DNA of 64,000 bases from Candidatus Paralachnospira sangeri (GCA_904397815.1 CAJFOT010000128.1:6027-70026); one strand, 5' to 3'. Shown: positions 1 to 10,530, numbered from the stretch's first letter. Notes: generated by a model from the sequence alone, not told the origin. A program made the numbers and translations.

Positions 1-1779
1 ATCTTTTTCATAGGCAGCATGGAAGTGGTTCTGCTGCCATCGTAGCGTTCTCTGGCGATGAGAGCCGCGCCGAAAGCGCCCATGATGCCGGCGATGTCGG
101 GGCGTACCGCCTCGCAGCCGGAAATATATTCAAAACTGCGCAAAACAGCGTCATTGTAAAAAGTACCGCCCTGTACAACGACACATTTTCCCAAATCGGA
201 AGCATTTGTAATTTTTATTACCTTATATAATGCATTCTTGATAACAGAGTATGCCAGGCCGGCAGAGATATCTGCCACGGAGGCTCCTTCTTTTTGAGCC
301 TGTTTTACATTGGAATTCATAAATACGGTACAGCGGGTTCCCAGGTCAATGGGACTGGGGGCGAAAAGGGCAGCTTTTGCGAAATCTTCAATGCTGTAGT
401 TCAGGGATTTGGCGAAGGTTTCGATAAAGGAGCCGCAGCCGGATGAGCAGGCTTCATTCAGCTGTACGCTGTCCACCGTACCATTTTTGATTTTGATGCA
501 TTTCATATCCTGACCGCCGATGTCCAGAATACAGTCCACATCCGGGGCGAAAAAGGATGCGGCATAGTAGTGGGAGACTGTCTCCACTTCTCCCTCATCC
601 AGCATCAGCGCGGCTTTCAGCAGGGCCTCCCCGTATCCGGTGGAGCAGGACCAGGCGATCTGCGCCGACTCCGGCATCAAGTCGTTGATTTCCTTCATCG
701 CCCGCAGAGCAGTGGCCAGAGGGCTGCCGTTGTTGCCGGAATAGAAGGAATAGAGGAGCCGTCCGTCTTCTCCTACCAGAGCCACTTTTGTTGTGGTGGA
801 TCCGGCATCGATACCCAGGAAACAGTTGCCCTCATAGGTTTCCAGATCGCCGGTGGCAACACAGTGCTGGGCATGGCGGCGGGTAAATTCATCATATTCT
901 TCCTGGCTGGCGAAAAGGGGTTTCAGCCGTTTGACTTCGCTTTCCAGCCGGACACCCTCCTCCAGCCTCCTCTGGAGGGAAGAAATGTCTGTAATCTGAT
1001 TGGGATCATGGTTCATTGCTGCGCCGATGGCTGCAAACAGATGAGAGTGTTCAGGCGCGATAACTGCGTCGTCTGTCAGCTTCAGAGTGCGGATGAACGC
1101 GTTTTTCAGTTCCGGCAGGAAGTGAAGAGGGCCGCCCAGGAAGGCAACATTGCCCCGAATCGGCTTTCCGCAGGCCAGGCCGGATATCGTCTGATTCACC
1201 ACTGCCTGGAAAATGGAGGCAGCCAGATCCTCCTTGGTAGCCCCCTCATTGATCAGCGGCTGAATGTCTGATTTTGCGAACACGCCGCAGCGGGCCGCGA
1301 TCGGATAAATTGCTTTGTAATTTTTTGCGTATTCATTTAAACCTGCGGCATCAGTCTGAAGGAGAGACGCCATCTGGTCAATGAAAGATCCGGTGCCGCC
1401 CGCACAGATTCCGTTCATACGCTGGTCAATGCCGTTGCTGAAATAGATAATTTTTGCGTCCTCGCCGCCCAGTTCGATGGCGACATCCGTTTGAGGGGCA
1501 TAGTCCTGCAGGGCAGTGGACACCGCTACTACTTCCTGTACGAAGGGAACGTCCATATGCTTGGAGAGAGACAGGCCGCCGGAGCCGGTGATCACAGCTG
1601 ATATTTTCATTTCACCCAGCTGGCTTCGGGCTTCCCCTATCAGCTCTGCCAGAGTCTCCTGAATATTTGCGTAATGGCGTTTGTAATCTGAAAAAAGGAG
1701 CTGATAATCCTGTGAGATCACAGCGATTTTTACTGTGGTCGATCCGATATCAATTCCCAGAATATTATATTGATCCATA
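1..1779 (-). CDS. BadF/BadG/BcrA/BcrD-type ATPase (acyl-CoA dehydratase activase-related, two tandem ASKHA ATPase modules). This is the 5' part of a larger gene that runs off the window. The frame is interrupted by an apparent 1-nt insertion near 1741.
   Basis: A minus-strand ATG at 1779-1777 sits 6 nt after the RBS GGGAGGAA and gives [13 protein letters not shown]. The continuation [30 protein letters not shown]...[10 protein letters not shown] lies one frame over and stays open to position 1. The second module shows [15 protein letters not shown] at 780-833. The gene is absent from the ORF track because it is truncated by the window edge. Confidence 0.7.
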
Positions 1780-2023
1780 GTTCCTCCCGTTCCACTTAAT
1801 GGTTAAAGCGTTCACTTTGAGCAACAGTACCGTCCGCTGCGGGGACGGTTTGAAAACTTCTGCACGCCAGACATTATATAGCATATTTCAAAAAAAGACA
1901 AGAAACATTATTTTATATTTGTAAACTGGCGATTTCTACATTCTAATATATTTATAAAGAAGCGGAAGATATCCTTTGTGTATTATGTTAAATTTCTTTA
2001 ACATGAATCGGGAATGGTTCTAT

Positions 2024-2052
2024 TTGACAAAGTTGGAGAGAACAAATATAAT
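2024..2052 (+). promoter_or_regulatory. Consensus sigma-A promoter for corA
   Basis: TTGACA (2024-2029), a 17-nt spacer and TATAAT (2047-2052), about 48 nt upstream of the corA ATG. Confidence 0.6.
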
Positions 2053-2099
2053 GGATATAGTTATGTGCAAAAGTTAAACAAAGATGTGGAGCGCTGGTT

Positions 2100-3041
2100 A
2101 TGGTAAGATATTTTATGTCGGTTGATGGAAAAATTCAGGAAGAGAAAAGCCCCCGCAACGGCGGCTGGATCGCCCTGACGAATCCGACGGCAGGGGAGAT
2201 TCTGACGATTTCTGCCCGCTATGAAATCGATATTGATGATCTGAAGGCCCCCCTGGATGAGGAGGAACGTTCCCGTGTGGAGGTGGAAGATGCCTATACG
2301 CTGATACTGGTGGATATCCCTATTATTGAAGAGAGAAATGAGAAGGACTGGTACGGCACCATCCCCATGGGCATCATCATGAAGGATGAGATTATGATTA
2401 CGGTATGTCTGGTGGAAACACCGATTCTGACTGCTTTTATGGAAGGAAGAGTCAGAAATTTCAATACTCACTGGAAAACCCGTTTTATTCTCCAGATCCT
2501 CTATAAAAATGCCTCATGGTATCTCCATTATCTGCGCATTATCGATAAGAAAAGTGAAGAGGTGGAAATGCGGCTGAACCGGTCTTCGAAGAATGAAGAG
2601 CTGATTGAGGTGCTGGAACTGGAGAAAAGCTTGGTTTATTTTACCACATCCCTCCGATCCAATGAAGTAGTGCTGGAAAAGCTGCTGCGTACAGAACGTA
2701 TTAAAAAGTATCCGGAAGATGAGGATCTTCTGGAGGATGTTATCATCGAGAACAAGCAGGCCATCGAGATGGCGAATATATACAGCGGTATTTTGAGTGG
2801 TACAAGAGATGCTTTTGCCTCCATAATTTCCAATAATCTGAATGTTGTGATGAAATTTCTGGCTTCTGTTACCATTGTAATGTCTATCCCTACCATGATC
2901 GCCAGTTTTTATGGCATGAATGTGAACCTGGCAGGGGTGCCTTTTGCCAGCAGCCAGTGGGGGTTCTGCGGTGTGATTTTATTTTCTATTGTGGTATCCC
3001 TGATTGTTGTCTGGATTTTTATCCGGACGAATATGTTCTGA
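2100..3041 (+). CDS. corA: CorA-family magnesium/cobalt transporter
   Basis: 313 aa with two C-terminal TM helices and the signature YGMNV (GMN motif) in ...ASFYGMNVNLAGVPF. The RBS GGAGCG lies upstream. Confidence 0.9.
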   Translation: MVRYFMSVDGKIQEEKSPRNGGWIALTNPTAGEILTISARYEIDIDDLKAPLDEEERSRVEVEDAYTLILVDIPIIEERNEKDWYGTIPMGIIMKDEIMITVCLVETPILTAFMEGRVRNFNTHWKTRFILQILYKNASWYLHYLRIIDKKSEEVEMRLNRSSKNEELIEVLELEKSLVYFTTSLRSNEVVLEKLLRTERIKKYPEDEDLLEDVIIENKQAIEMANIYSGILSGTRDAFASIISNNLNVVMKFLASVTIVMSIPTMIASFYGMNVNLAGVPFASSQWGFCGVILFSIVVSLIVVWIFIRTNMF

Positions 3042-3104
3042 CGGTGGAATACTGCAAATTGCAGATACCTCTGGTCTATTGCATAGAAAAGCCAAATATA
3101 ATAT

Positions 3105-4013
3105 ATGGAAAGGATTTCAATGAACAGCTGGATTTCAAAACTGGAACGAAAGTTCGGAAAATATGCCATACCCAATCTGATGATGTATATTATCGGACTG
3201 TATGCTGTCGGTTTCATTCTGATGGCGTCCGGAAGCGGTATATATGAAAATTATCTGAGTCTGAATGCGGAGGCGATTCTTCATGGACAGGTGTGGAGGA
3301 TTGTGACCTTTATTCTGCAGCCTCCTGCGACAAACATTCTATCCCTGCTGATTTATCTGATTTTTTACTATGTCATTGGTAAAAATCTGGAATACAGGTG
3401 GGGTTCTTTTATGTTTAACCTGTATTTTTTTACCGGCATGCTGCTGCATGTGATCGCAGCCCTGCTGATTTATCTGATCTTTGGCGTTAATATTTCCATG
3501 GGCACTTCATATCTGAATCTGTCGCTGTTTTTTGCTTTTGCGACAGAGTTTCCCGATATGCAGGTGCTGCTGTTCTGGATTATTCCCATTAAAGTGAAGT
3601 GGTTTGCCATTCTGGAAGGCATTTATTTCGGTCTGGTGATTGTGCTGGGACTTCTGTCTCCGATACTGTCCTTCAGAACCCTGCTGACTCTGGCCAGTTT
3701 CGGACTGCCGGTTTCTCTGGTATCCGCAGTGTCGGCTCTGGTTTCCACGGGGAATTTTCTGCTATTTTTCTTCAGCATGAAGAGTATGCGCCATTTGTCT
3801 CCGAAACAGATGAAACGGAAAATCGTCTATCAGACAAAGGTGAAAAAGGCCGCGCCAAAATCCGGTGCCCCCAGGCATAAGTGCGCTGTCTGTGGAAGGA
3901 CAGAACTGGACGGGGATAACCTGGAATTTCGCTATTGTTCAAAATGTGACGGCATGTATGAATACTGCCAGGATCATTTATATACCCATAAACATGTAAC
4001 GAAAGGAACCTGA
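3105..4013 (+). CDS. Polytopic membrane protein, rhomboid-like, with a C-terminal Cys/His zinc-ribbon
   Basis: 302 aa with about 6 hydrophobic helices. It has a WR-type motif GQVWRIVTFILQPP as in rhomboids. The tail is HKCAVCGRTELDGDNLEFRYCSKCDGMYEYCQDHLYTHKH (CxxC...CxxC...C..H). I did not see a clear GxSG/His catalytic dyad. Confidence 0.5.
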   Translation: MERISMNSWISKLERKFGKYAIPNLMMYIIGLYAVGFILMASGSGIYENYLSLNAEAILHGQVWRIVTFILQPPATNILSLLIYLIFYYVIGKNLEYRWGSFMFNLYFFTGMLLHVIAALLIYLIFGVNISMGTSYLNLSLFFAFATEFPDMQVLLFWIIPIKVKWFAILEGIYFGLVIVLGLLSPILSFRTLLTLASFGLPVSLVSAVSALVSTGNFLLFFFSMKSMRHLSPKQMKRKIVYQTKVKKAAPKSGAPRHKCAVCGRTELDGDNLEFRYCSKCDGMYEYCQDHLYTHKHVTKGT

Positions 4014-4016
4014 CTT

Positions 4017-5453
4017 ATGATGAGAAAAACAAAAATCATCTGTACCCTCGGGCCGAATTCTGACGACCGCGAGGTGATGAAAGCTTTAATTCTGAATGGA
4101 ATGGACATCGCCAGATTCAACTTTTCCCATGGCGATTATCAGGAGCAGAAAGCCCGTCTGGATATGCTGAAGGAGCTGAGAGACGAGCTGGGAATTCCGG
4201 TAGCGGCCCTTCTGGATACAAAAGGCCCGGAGATTCGAACAGGCCTTTTGAAAAACAATAAAAGCGTAACCCTTCACACAGGAGATACTTATGTGCTGAC
4301 CACCAAAGATGTGATCGGTGATGAGAAAATCGGACATGTGAATTATGCTGATCTGCCTCAGAATCTGACAGTGGGCGACACGATCCTGATCGATGACGGC
4401 CTGCTGGAGCTGAAAGTAGATGAACTGACAGAGACAGACATTGTCTGTACGATTATGAACGGCGGAGAACTGGGAATGCGCAAAGGCGTTAATGTTCCCA
4501 ATGTAAAACTGGGCCTGCCGCCGATTACTGAAAAAGACAGAGAAGATATTCTTTTCGGTATCAAACAGGGCTTCGATTTCATCGCTGCTTCCTTTGTCAG
4601 AAACGCGGACGCCATCACAGAAATCAAACATATCCTGTGGGAAAATCATTCTGATATGCAGGTAATTGCCAAGATCGAGAACCGAGAAGGCGTAGATAAT
4701 ATAGATTCCATCCTGAAGGCTGCTGACGGCATTATGGTAGCCCGGGGTGATCTGGGTGTGGAAATTCCTGCAGAGGAAGTGCCTTACATTCAGAAAATTA
4801 TTATCAAAAAATGTAATGATGCTTTCAAACCGGTTATTACAGCGACTCAGATGCTGAATTCCATGATTACCAATCCCCGCCCTACCAGAGCAGAGGTAAG
4901 TGATGTGGCAACTGCTATTTATGACGGAACTGACGCAATCATGCTGTCCGGTGAGACTGCTATGGGAAAATATCCTGTAGAGTCTGTGCAGATGATGCAC
5001 AAAATTGCTCTGACCTCAGAGGATCATCTGGATTATGAGAGTATTCTGGCTGAAAAGAGAAGCTATCGTACCAGAGGCATTTCCAGTGCCGTAAGCTATG
5101 CAGCTGTAGCGACCGCATACCATATGAATTCCAAGGCGATTCTGATTCCTACCATGTCCGGATATACGGCCCGTCTGGTATCGAAATTCCGCCCGCAGAA
5201 CATGGTTGTATCAACTTCTCCTTATTGGCCTGCTCTGCGTAAAATGCAGCTTCTGTGGGGTATTATGCCATTAAAGAGTGATTTTGAGAGTGATACCGAT
5301 GATATTATTGAAAATGCGGTAGAAGTGGCGAAAGAAGCGAAAGTGATTGAGCCGGGAGATATGGTTGTCATTACCGCAGGTATTGGCTTTGCGGACATTG
5401 AACCGGGAGCCCGGATTGAGACGAACGTTATGCAGGTTATTACTGTCCAGTAG
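4017..5453 (+). CDS. pyk: Pyruvate kinase
   Basis: 478 aa. The N-terminus MRKTKIICTLGPNSDD, then ...FNFSHGD...MVARGDLGVEIP... are canonical PK motifs. Confidence 0.95.
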   Translation: MMRKTKIICTLGPNSDDREVMKALILNGMDIARFNFSHGDYQEQKARLDMLKELRDELGIPVAALLDTKGPEIRTGLLKNNKSVTLHTGDTYVLTTKDVIGDEKIGHVNYADLPQNLTVGDTILIDDGLLELKVDELTETDIVCTIMNGGELGMRKGVNVPNVKLGLPPITEKDREDILFGIKQGFDFIAASFVRNADAITEIKHILWENHSDMQVIAKIENREGVDNIDSILKAADGIMVARGDLGVEIPAEEVPYIQKIIIKKCNDAFKPVITATQMLNSMITNPRPTRAEVSDVATAIYDGTDAIMLSGETAMGKYPVESVQMMHKIALTSEDHLDYESILAEKRSYRTRGISSAVSYAAVATAYHMNSKAILIPTMSGYTARLVSKFRPQNMVVSTSPYWPALRKMQLLWGIMPLKSDFESDTDDIIENAVEVAKEAKVIEPGDMVVITAGIGFADIEPGARIETNVMQVITVQ

Positions 5454-5530
5454 TTCTGCATACGTCCGGCTGCAGAAATTGAAGAAAAAGCTGTGTGCCG
5501 CTGACGTACTGCCATAAAAGAAAAGGATCT

Positions 5531-5560
5531 GGCCGCCTTCTGTCTGAGGGCGGCCTGTTC
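5531..5560 (+). terminator. Weak hairpin downstream of pyk
   Basis: ggccgccttc / gagggcggcc form a stem of about 10 bp including one G-U pair (5531-5555). The T tract is poor, so this is a weak call. Confidence 0.35.
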
Positions 5561-5592
5561 TGTCAGATGTCAGTTTTCTGGAGGTATGGAAC

Positions 5593-7626
5593 ATGGCCAA
5601 AGCATTATATATAGCAGAAAAACCAAGCGTAGCTCAGGAATTCGCAAAAGCGCTGAAGGAAAATTTCGGGCGGAGGGACGGTTATCTGGAATCAGATCAA
5701 TCTGTGGTAACCTGGTGTGTGGGGCATCTGGTAACCATGAGTTATCCGGAGGCTTACGATCCGGCATTGAAAAGATGGAGTCTGAGCACCCTTCCTTTTC
5801 TGCCGGAGGTATTCCTCTATGAAGTGATCGACAGTGTGAAAAAGCAATATGAGATTGTCAGCGGCCTGCTGAATCGCAGGGATGTAACAGTTATTTATGT
5901 CTGCACCGATTCCGGGCGGGAAGGGGAGTATATCTACCGGCTTGTAGAGCAGATGGCAGGAGTGTCAGGAAAAATGAGAAAACGGGTATGGATTGACTCC
6001 CAGACTGAGGAGGAGATTCTCAGAGGCATCCGTGAGGCAAAGGATCTGTCAGAATATGACCACCTGTCAGATTCTGCATATCTGCGGGCAAAAGAAGACT
6101 ATCTGATGGGGATAAACTTTTCCCGTCTTCTGACTCTGAAATACGGTAACACAATATCCGATTTCCTGGGAAGAGACCGAAGCGTGCTGTCTGTGGGGCG
6201 GGTGATGACCTGTGTTCTGGGCATGGTGGTCCGGCGGGAGCGGGAAATCAGGGATTTTGTGAAAACTCCTTTTTATAAGGCAGCAGCCACTGTCAGTGTC
6301 CAAAGCGGCGGGGGAGAGAGCGGGGAGAAAGAGGCTGTTTTTGACAGTGAGTGGAAAGCGGTGAAGGGGAGCCGGTATGAAAACAGCCCTCTGCTGTATA
6401 AGGATAACGGTTTTACGAAACGGGAGCCAGCCGAGGAGCTGATTCAGTACCTGAAGGAGGAGCTGCCGGTATCGGCTGTAATTGCTGCCATCCAGCGGAA
6501 AAAGGAAAAGAAAAATCCGCCTTTGCTGTTTAATTTGGCAGAACTGCAGAATGAGTGTTCCCGTATGTTTAAAATCAGTCCTGACGAGACGCTGCGGATC
6601 GCCCAGGAATTGTATGAAAAAAAGCTGGTAACCTATCCCAGAACCGACGCCAGAGTTTTGTCGACGGCGGTGGCGAAGGAGATCGGGAAAAATATCCGGG
6701 GGCTGACCCAGATTCCGGGGGTGAAATGGGCAGCGGAGGAGATTCTGAACCAGAACCGACACCAGGGCCTGGCAAAAACCCGCTATGTCAATGACAAACA
6801 GATCACAGACCACTATGCCATCATTCCCACCGGGCAGGGTATCAGCGGCCTGAGCCGATTGCCCCGGCAGTCTGTGCAGGTATATGAGCGGATCGTCCGC
6901 CGGTTTCTGAGCATTTTTTTCCCTGGCGCGGTATATGAAAAGATCTCGATCGAGATGACCATCCGGGAGGAACATTTTTTTGCCAGTGTCCGGGTGCTGG
7001 CGGAGGAAGGGTATCTGAAGGTGGCCGGCGCGGGGAAAAAGCAGGACCAGGAGGACTGTAAAAACCCGGCTCTTTTTGAGGCTTTGAAAAAGCTGAAAAA
7101 GGGCATGGCACTGCCGGTAGAAAAGCTGGAGATCAGGGAAGGGGAGACCACGCCGCCGAAACGGTACACCTCAGGCTCTATGATTCTGGCGATGGAGAAT
7201 GCGGGGCAGCTGATCGAGGACGAGGACCTGCGCGCCCAGATCAAGGGCAGCGGGATCGGAACATCTGCGACAAGGGCAGAGATTTTAAAAAAGCTGGTAA
7301 ATATCCAGTACCTGGAACTGAATAAAAAAACCCAGGCGATCTCCCCCACCCTGTTTGGGGAACTGGTATATGAGGTGGTAAATGCATCCATCAGCCAGCT
7401 GCTGAATCCGGAGCTGACGGCCAGCTGGGAGAAGGGTCTGACTTATGTGGCCAACGGGCAGATCACCCCAGATGAATATATGGAGAAGCTGGAGGGTTTT
7501 ATCAGGCGGAGAACCGGGAAGGTGACGGAGAACAATTACCGTCGCCTCCTGCTGCATAATTTCACGCTGGTCCGCCAGTATTATCAGACAGAAAAAAAAG
7601 AAAAGAAGGAGAGTGAAAAATCATGA
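5593..7626 (+). CDS. topB: Type IA DNA topoisomerase (topoisomerase III)
   Basis: 677 aa. The Toprim N-terminus is MAKALYIAEKPSVAQEFAKAL, and the length and motifs are typical of TopB. The RBS GGAGG lies 8 nt upstream. Confidence 0.9.
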   Translation: MAKALYIAEKPSVAQEFAKALKENFGRRDGYLESDQSVVTWCVGHLVTMSYPEAYDPALKRWSLSTLPFLPEVFLYEVIDSVKKQYEIVSGLLNRRDVTVIYVCTDSGREGEYIYRLVEQMAGVSGKMRKRVWIDSQTEEEILRGIREAKDLSEYDHLSDSAYLRAKEDYLMGINFSRLLTLKYGNTISDFLGRDRSVLSVGRVMTCVLGMVVRREREIRDFVKTPFYKAAATVSVQSGGGESGEKEAVFDSEWKAVKGSRYENSPLLYKDNGFTKREPAEELIQYLKEELPVSAVIAAIQRKKEKKNPPLLFNLAELQNECSRMFKISPDETLRIAQELYEKKLVTYPRTDARVLSTAVAKEIGKNIRGLTQIPGVKWAAEEILNQNRHQGLAKTRYVNDKQITDHYAIIPTGQGISGLSRLPRQSVQVYERIVRRFLSIFFPGAVYEKISIEMTIREEHFFASVRVLAEEGYLKVAGAGKKQDQEDCKNPALFEALKKLKKGMALPVEKLEIREGETTPPKRYTSGSMILAMENAGQLIEDEDLRAQIKGSGIGTSATRAEILKKLVNIQYLELNKKTQAISPTLFGELVYEVVNASISQLLNPELTASWEKGLTYVANGQITPDEYMEKLEGFIRRRTGKVTENNYRRLLLHNFTLVRQYYQTEKKEKKESEKS

Positions 7627-8291
7627 AGGAAATGAGCGTAAAGGAACTGTATAGCCTGGAACATACCAGGGCGAAGAAACTGCTGGAGTCAGTGGAGTAT
7701 CCCTGGCAGGCACTGGCGAAGATCCGTGACACCATTATCGAAATCGGGAAGACGTTGCCGGCAGACCGGTATGATCAGGTGGAGGAGGATGTCTGGATTG
7801 CCAAATCTGCTCAGGTAGCTCCCACCGCCTATATCCACGGACCGGCCATTATTGGCGAGGAGACGGAAGTGCGCCACTGTGCCTTTATTCGGGGCAGCGC
7901 TCTGGTGGGAGATCACTGTGTGGTGGGAAATTCTACCGAGCTGAAAAATGTGATTTTGTTCGATAATGTACAGGTACCCCATTATAACTATGTGGGGGAC
8001 TCTGTCCTGGGATACCGCTCCCACATGGGAGCCGGCTCCATCACATCCAATGTCAAATCAGACAAAAAACTGGTAGTGGTAAAGGCAGGAACAGAGCGGA
8101 TCGAGACCGGCCTGAAAAAATTCGGTGCCATGCTGGGCGATAATGTGGAGGTTGGCTGTGGAACCGTCCTGAACCCGGGCAGCGTGGTGGGAAGAGACTG
8201 TATCATTTATCCCCTGTCCATGGTGAGAGGCTTTGTCAGACCCGGTTCCATCTACAAGAATCAGAACGAAATCGTAGCGAGAGTGGACTGA
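7623..8291 (+). CDS. Left-handed beta-helix (hexapeptide-repeat) transferase, GlmU C-terminal-like
   Basis: 222 aa with hexapeptide periodicity (IIGEETEVRHCAFIRGSALVGDHCVVGNSTELKNVILFDNVQV...). Its ATGA overlaps the topB stop. Confidence 0.75.
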   Translation: MKEMSVKELYSLEHTRAKKLLESVEYPWQALAKIRDTIIEIGKTLPADRYDQVEEDVWIAKSAQVAPTAYIHGPAIIGEETEVRHCAFIRGSALVGDHCVVGNSTELKNVILFDNVQVPHYNYVGDSVLGYRSHMGAGSITSNVKSDKKLVVVKAGTERIETGLKKFGAMLGDNVEVGCGTVLNPGSVVGRDCIIYPLSMVRGFVRPGSIYKNQNEIVARVD

Positions 8292-8293
8292 TC

Positions 8294-9109
8294 TCAGGAC
8301 AGTTTTTCCAGAAACACGTTGATTTCTGCTCCCAGCAGTGTGATATTCATACAGATATACAGCCACAGCATAATCAGGACGATAGCTGCCAGGCTGCCAT
8401 AGGTGGATGAAAAGTTGGAAAAGTAAGAGATATAGATAGAGTACACAAAGGAAAACAGGGACCATCCGAAGGTGGCGAAAATGGCTCCGGGAAACTGATT
8501 CAGCAATGTGACATTCCTGTTGGGGAAAAAGCGGTACAGCACCATAAAAAATCCGGTCAGCACAAAAGAGGACAAGAAGGTCCGGATTCCGACGACCAGG
8601 ATGGAAAAATCCCGGATCCTCGGAATCTGATCTTCCAGAAACATCTGGATGTTGTTGCCGAATACCAGCAGAATCAGCGCCACCAGCATGACAGCCAGGA
8701 AAAAAACTGTATAAAAATAGCAGATCAGACGCAGACGGATATAGCCGATCTTATGTTCGGAAGAATATACCTGATTCAGCCCCCGCTCCACTGCCATCAC
8801 GCCCCGGGAGGCGGACCAGAGGGTGGTGATGGCAGTGACGGACAGAATAGTGCCGGAGGATTTTTCATAAATTTCATAGACTATGGCATAAAAAGACGGC
8901 TGGAGACTCTCCGGTATGAATACAACAACAGACTCCATTATCTGTGTCAGGCTGTCCGGCGAAATAAACTGAACCATATTCATAATCAGCATCAGAAGAG
9001 GGAAGGCGGAAATAATTAAAAAGAAAGATGCCTGGGCCGCATAGACCGTAATCTGATCTTCTGTCACCTGATTTTTGAAAGCACAGAACCGGATAAATAA
9101 TTTGAGCAT
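8294..9109 (-). CDS. YihY/BrkB-family membrane protein
   Basis: 271 aa and polytopic. The N-terminal ...VYAAQASFFLIISAFPLLML... is typical of the YihY/virulence factor BrkB family. Confidence 0.8.
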   Translation of the reverse strand: MLKLFIRFCAFKNQVTEDQITVYAAQASFFLIISAFPLLMLIMNMVQFISPDSLTQIMESVVVFIPESLQPSFYAIVYEIYEKSSGTILSVTAITTLWSASRGVMAVERGLNQVYSSEHKIGYIRLRLICYFYTVFFLAVMLVALILLVFGNNIQMFLEDQIPRIRDFSILVVGIRTFLSSFVLTGFFMVLYRFFPNRNVTLLNQFPGAIFATFGWSLFSFVYSIYISYFSNFSSTYGSLAAIVLIMLWLYICMNITLLGAEINVFLEKLS

Positions 9110-9231
9110 GGGCAGACAGCACCGTCCTCTCGTGATATTTTTCGCCCGGACCGGTTAAAAGCCGGCGATATCCATATGGTATCACGAGTTTGCCCTTCCG
9201 GCAAGGCGGGAATGTTAAATCAGATATATTT

Positions 9232-10224
9232 TTACTGTCTGCTGCTGTGTCCGCCGAATACGTCAAAGGTCATGGAATCCAGCCGGGAGTCGATGGCCGC
9301 GATTTCTTCCTTCGTCAGCAGGATATCGGCTGCCTCCAGGTTTTCCTTCAGCCGTTCCGGTTTCCTTGAGCCGGGGATCGGGATGATATAAGGCTTCTTG
9401 TTTAGCATCCATGCCAGGGAAATCTGGCTGACAGCGGCATGCTTTTTTTCTGCCAGCTGATCCAGCAGTTCCAGCAGCGCCTTTCCCTTTTCATAGCCGT
9501 CTTCCGTATACTGGGGCATATCCGCCCGGTAATCCTGGCTTCCCTCAAATTGGGTCTGGGGGGTATACTTTCCGGTCAGGAACCCGTTGGCCAGCGGTGA
9601 AAAAGCCACATAGGCCACATCCAGCTCTTCGCACACCGGGAAAAGATTTTCATGCCATCTGGCCATCATCGAATACCGGTTCTGAATTGCGGTTACAGGG
9701 CATACCTGATTTGCCCTTCTCAGATATTCCTCCATTGCCTCGGAGATTCCCCAGCTGCGTATTTTTCCCTCTCTGATCAGCCGGGACATCACTTCTGCCA
9801 CTGTCTCCGGCTCCACCTTCGGGTCGATCCGGTGCTGATAATAAAGGTCTATGTAATCCGTTCCCAGTTTTCTCAGACTTTCTTCCACACTGGAGCGGAT
9901 CGTTTCCGGACGGCTGTCCAGACGCAGACTCCGGTCCTCGTTATGCTGCACGCCCATCTTGGTGGCAATCACCACATGCTGACGCACATCTTTCAGCGCT
10001 TCGCCGACGAGAATCTCATTATAAGAAATAGTACCGTCCGGATAAATTCCTGTGTATACCTCTGCAGTGTCGAAAAAATTGTAACCCATTTCATATGCTT
10101 CCCGGATAACCCTGACAGCTGTCTGATGATCGGTGGGATCCCCTGACGCATGGCTGAATCCCATGCAGCCCAGGCCTACAGGACTGACAGACAGCCCGCT
10201 GTTTCCTAATCTTCTTTTTTCCAT
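9232..10224 (-). CDS. Aldo/keto reductase
   Basis: 330 aa. MEKRRLGNSGLSVSPVGLGCMGF...FFDTAEVY...HRIDP are classical AKR motifs. Confidence 0.9.
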   Translation of the reverse strand: MEKRRLGNSGLSVSPVGLGCMGFSHASGDPTDHQTAVRVIREAYEMGYNFFDTAEVYTGIYPDGTISYNEILVGEALKDVRQHVVIATKMGVQHNEDRSLRLDSRPETIRSSVEESLRKLGTDYIDLYYQHRIDPKVEPETVAEVMSRLIREGKIRSWGISEAMEEYLRRANQVCPVTAIQNRYSMMARWHENLFPVCEELDVAYVAFSPLANGFLTGKYTPQTQFEGSQDYRADMPQYTEDGYEKGKALLELLDQLAEKKHAAVSQISLAWMLNKKPYIIPIPGSRKPERLKENLEAADILLTKEEIAAIDSRLDSMTFDVFGGHSSRQ

Positions 10225-10499
10225 GATGGAATTACCTCCTTGAATGTTTTGGCTTCATTATAATAAAGAAATAAATACGCCAGAAGTTTCCATTTGGAAG
10301 GAGGTATATACCTTTGGGTATACAGTAAAAAATGTAAAATGGAAAATGAAAAATTTTACATTGTCTTTACTGAGTTTTGACAAAATACCCATTTCTTTTA
10401 TGTAGAATTTACGGTACAAATGAATGTATCAATACATTGGGATCATTTTACACAGACAGAAGGATTTTAAGGACTGAGGCAGGAATATTTTTTTTCCTG

Positions 10500-10530
10500 C
10501 CCCGGTTTTTATTATAAAGGATCCGTATTC
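10500..10530 (+). promoter_or_regulatory. Candidate sigma-I-type promoter P1 upstream of sigI
   Basis: CCCC (10500-10503), 20 nt, then CGTATTCT (10524-10531). The same motif recurs at 12236 and 12334. The 8-bp palindrome ggcaggaa/ttcctgcc (10478-10501) overlaps the C-tract. Confidence 0.5.

Noticed and set aside
5593-7626. topB as a marker of an integrative conjugative element.
   Set aside because: It is flanked by pyk and housekeeping-type genes on the same strand. No relaxase, coupling protein, integrase or att-like repeats are adjacent.
9110-9231. A 9-bp inverted repeat (ctcgtgata/tatcacgag) between the AKR and YihY genes.
   Set aside because: The stem is short with a long loop and no adjacent T tract on the relevant strand. 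This is not enough to call a terminator or operator.
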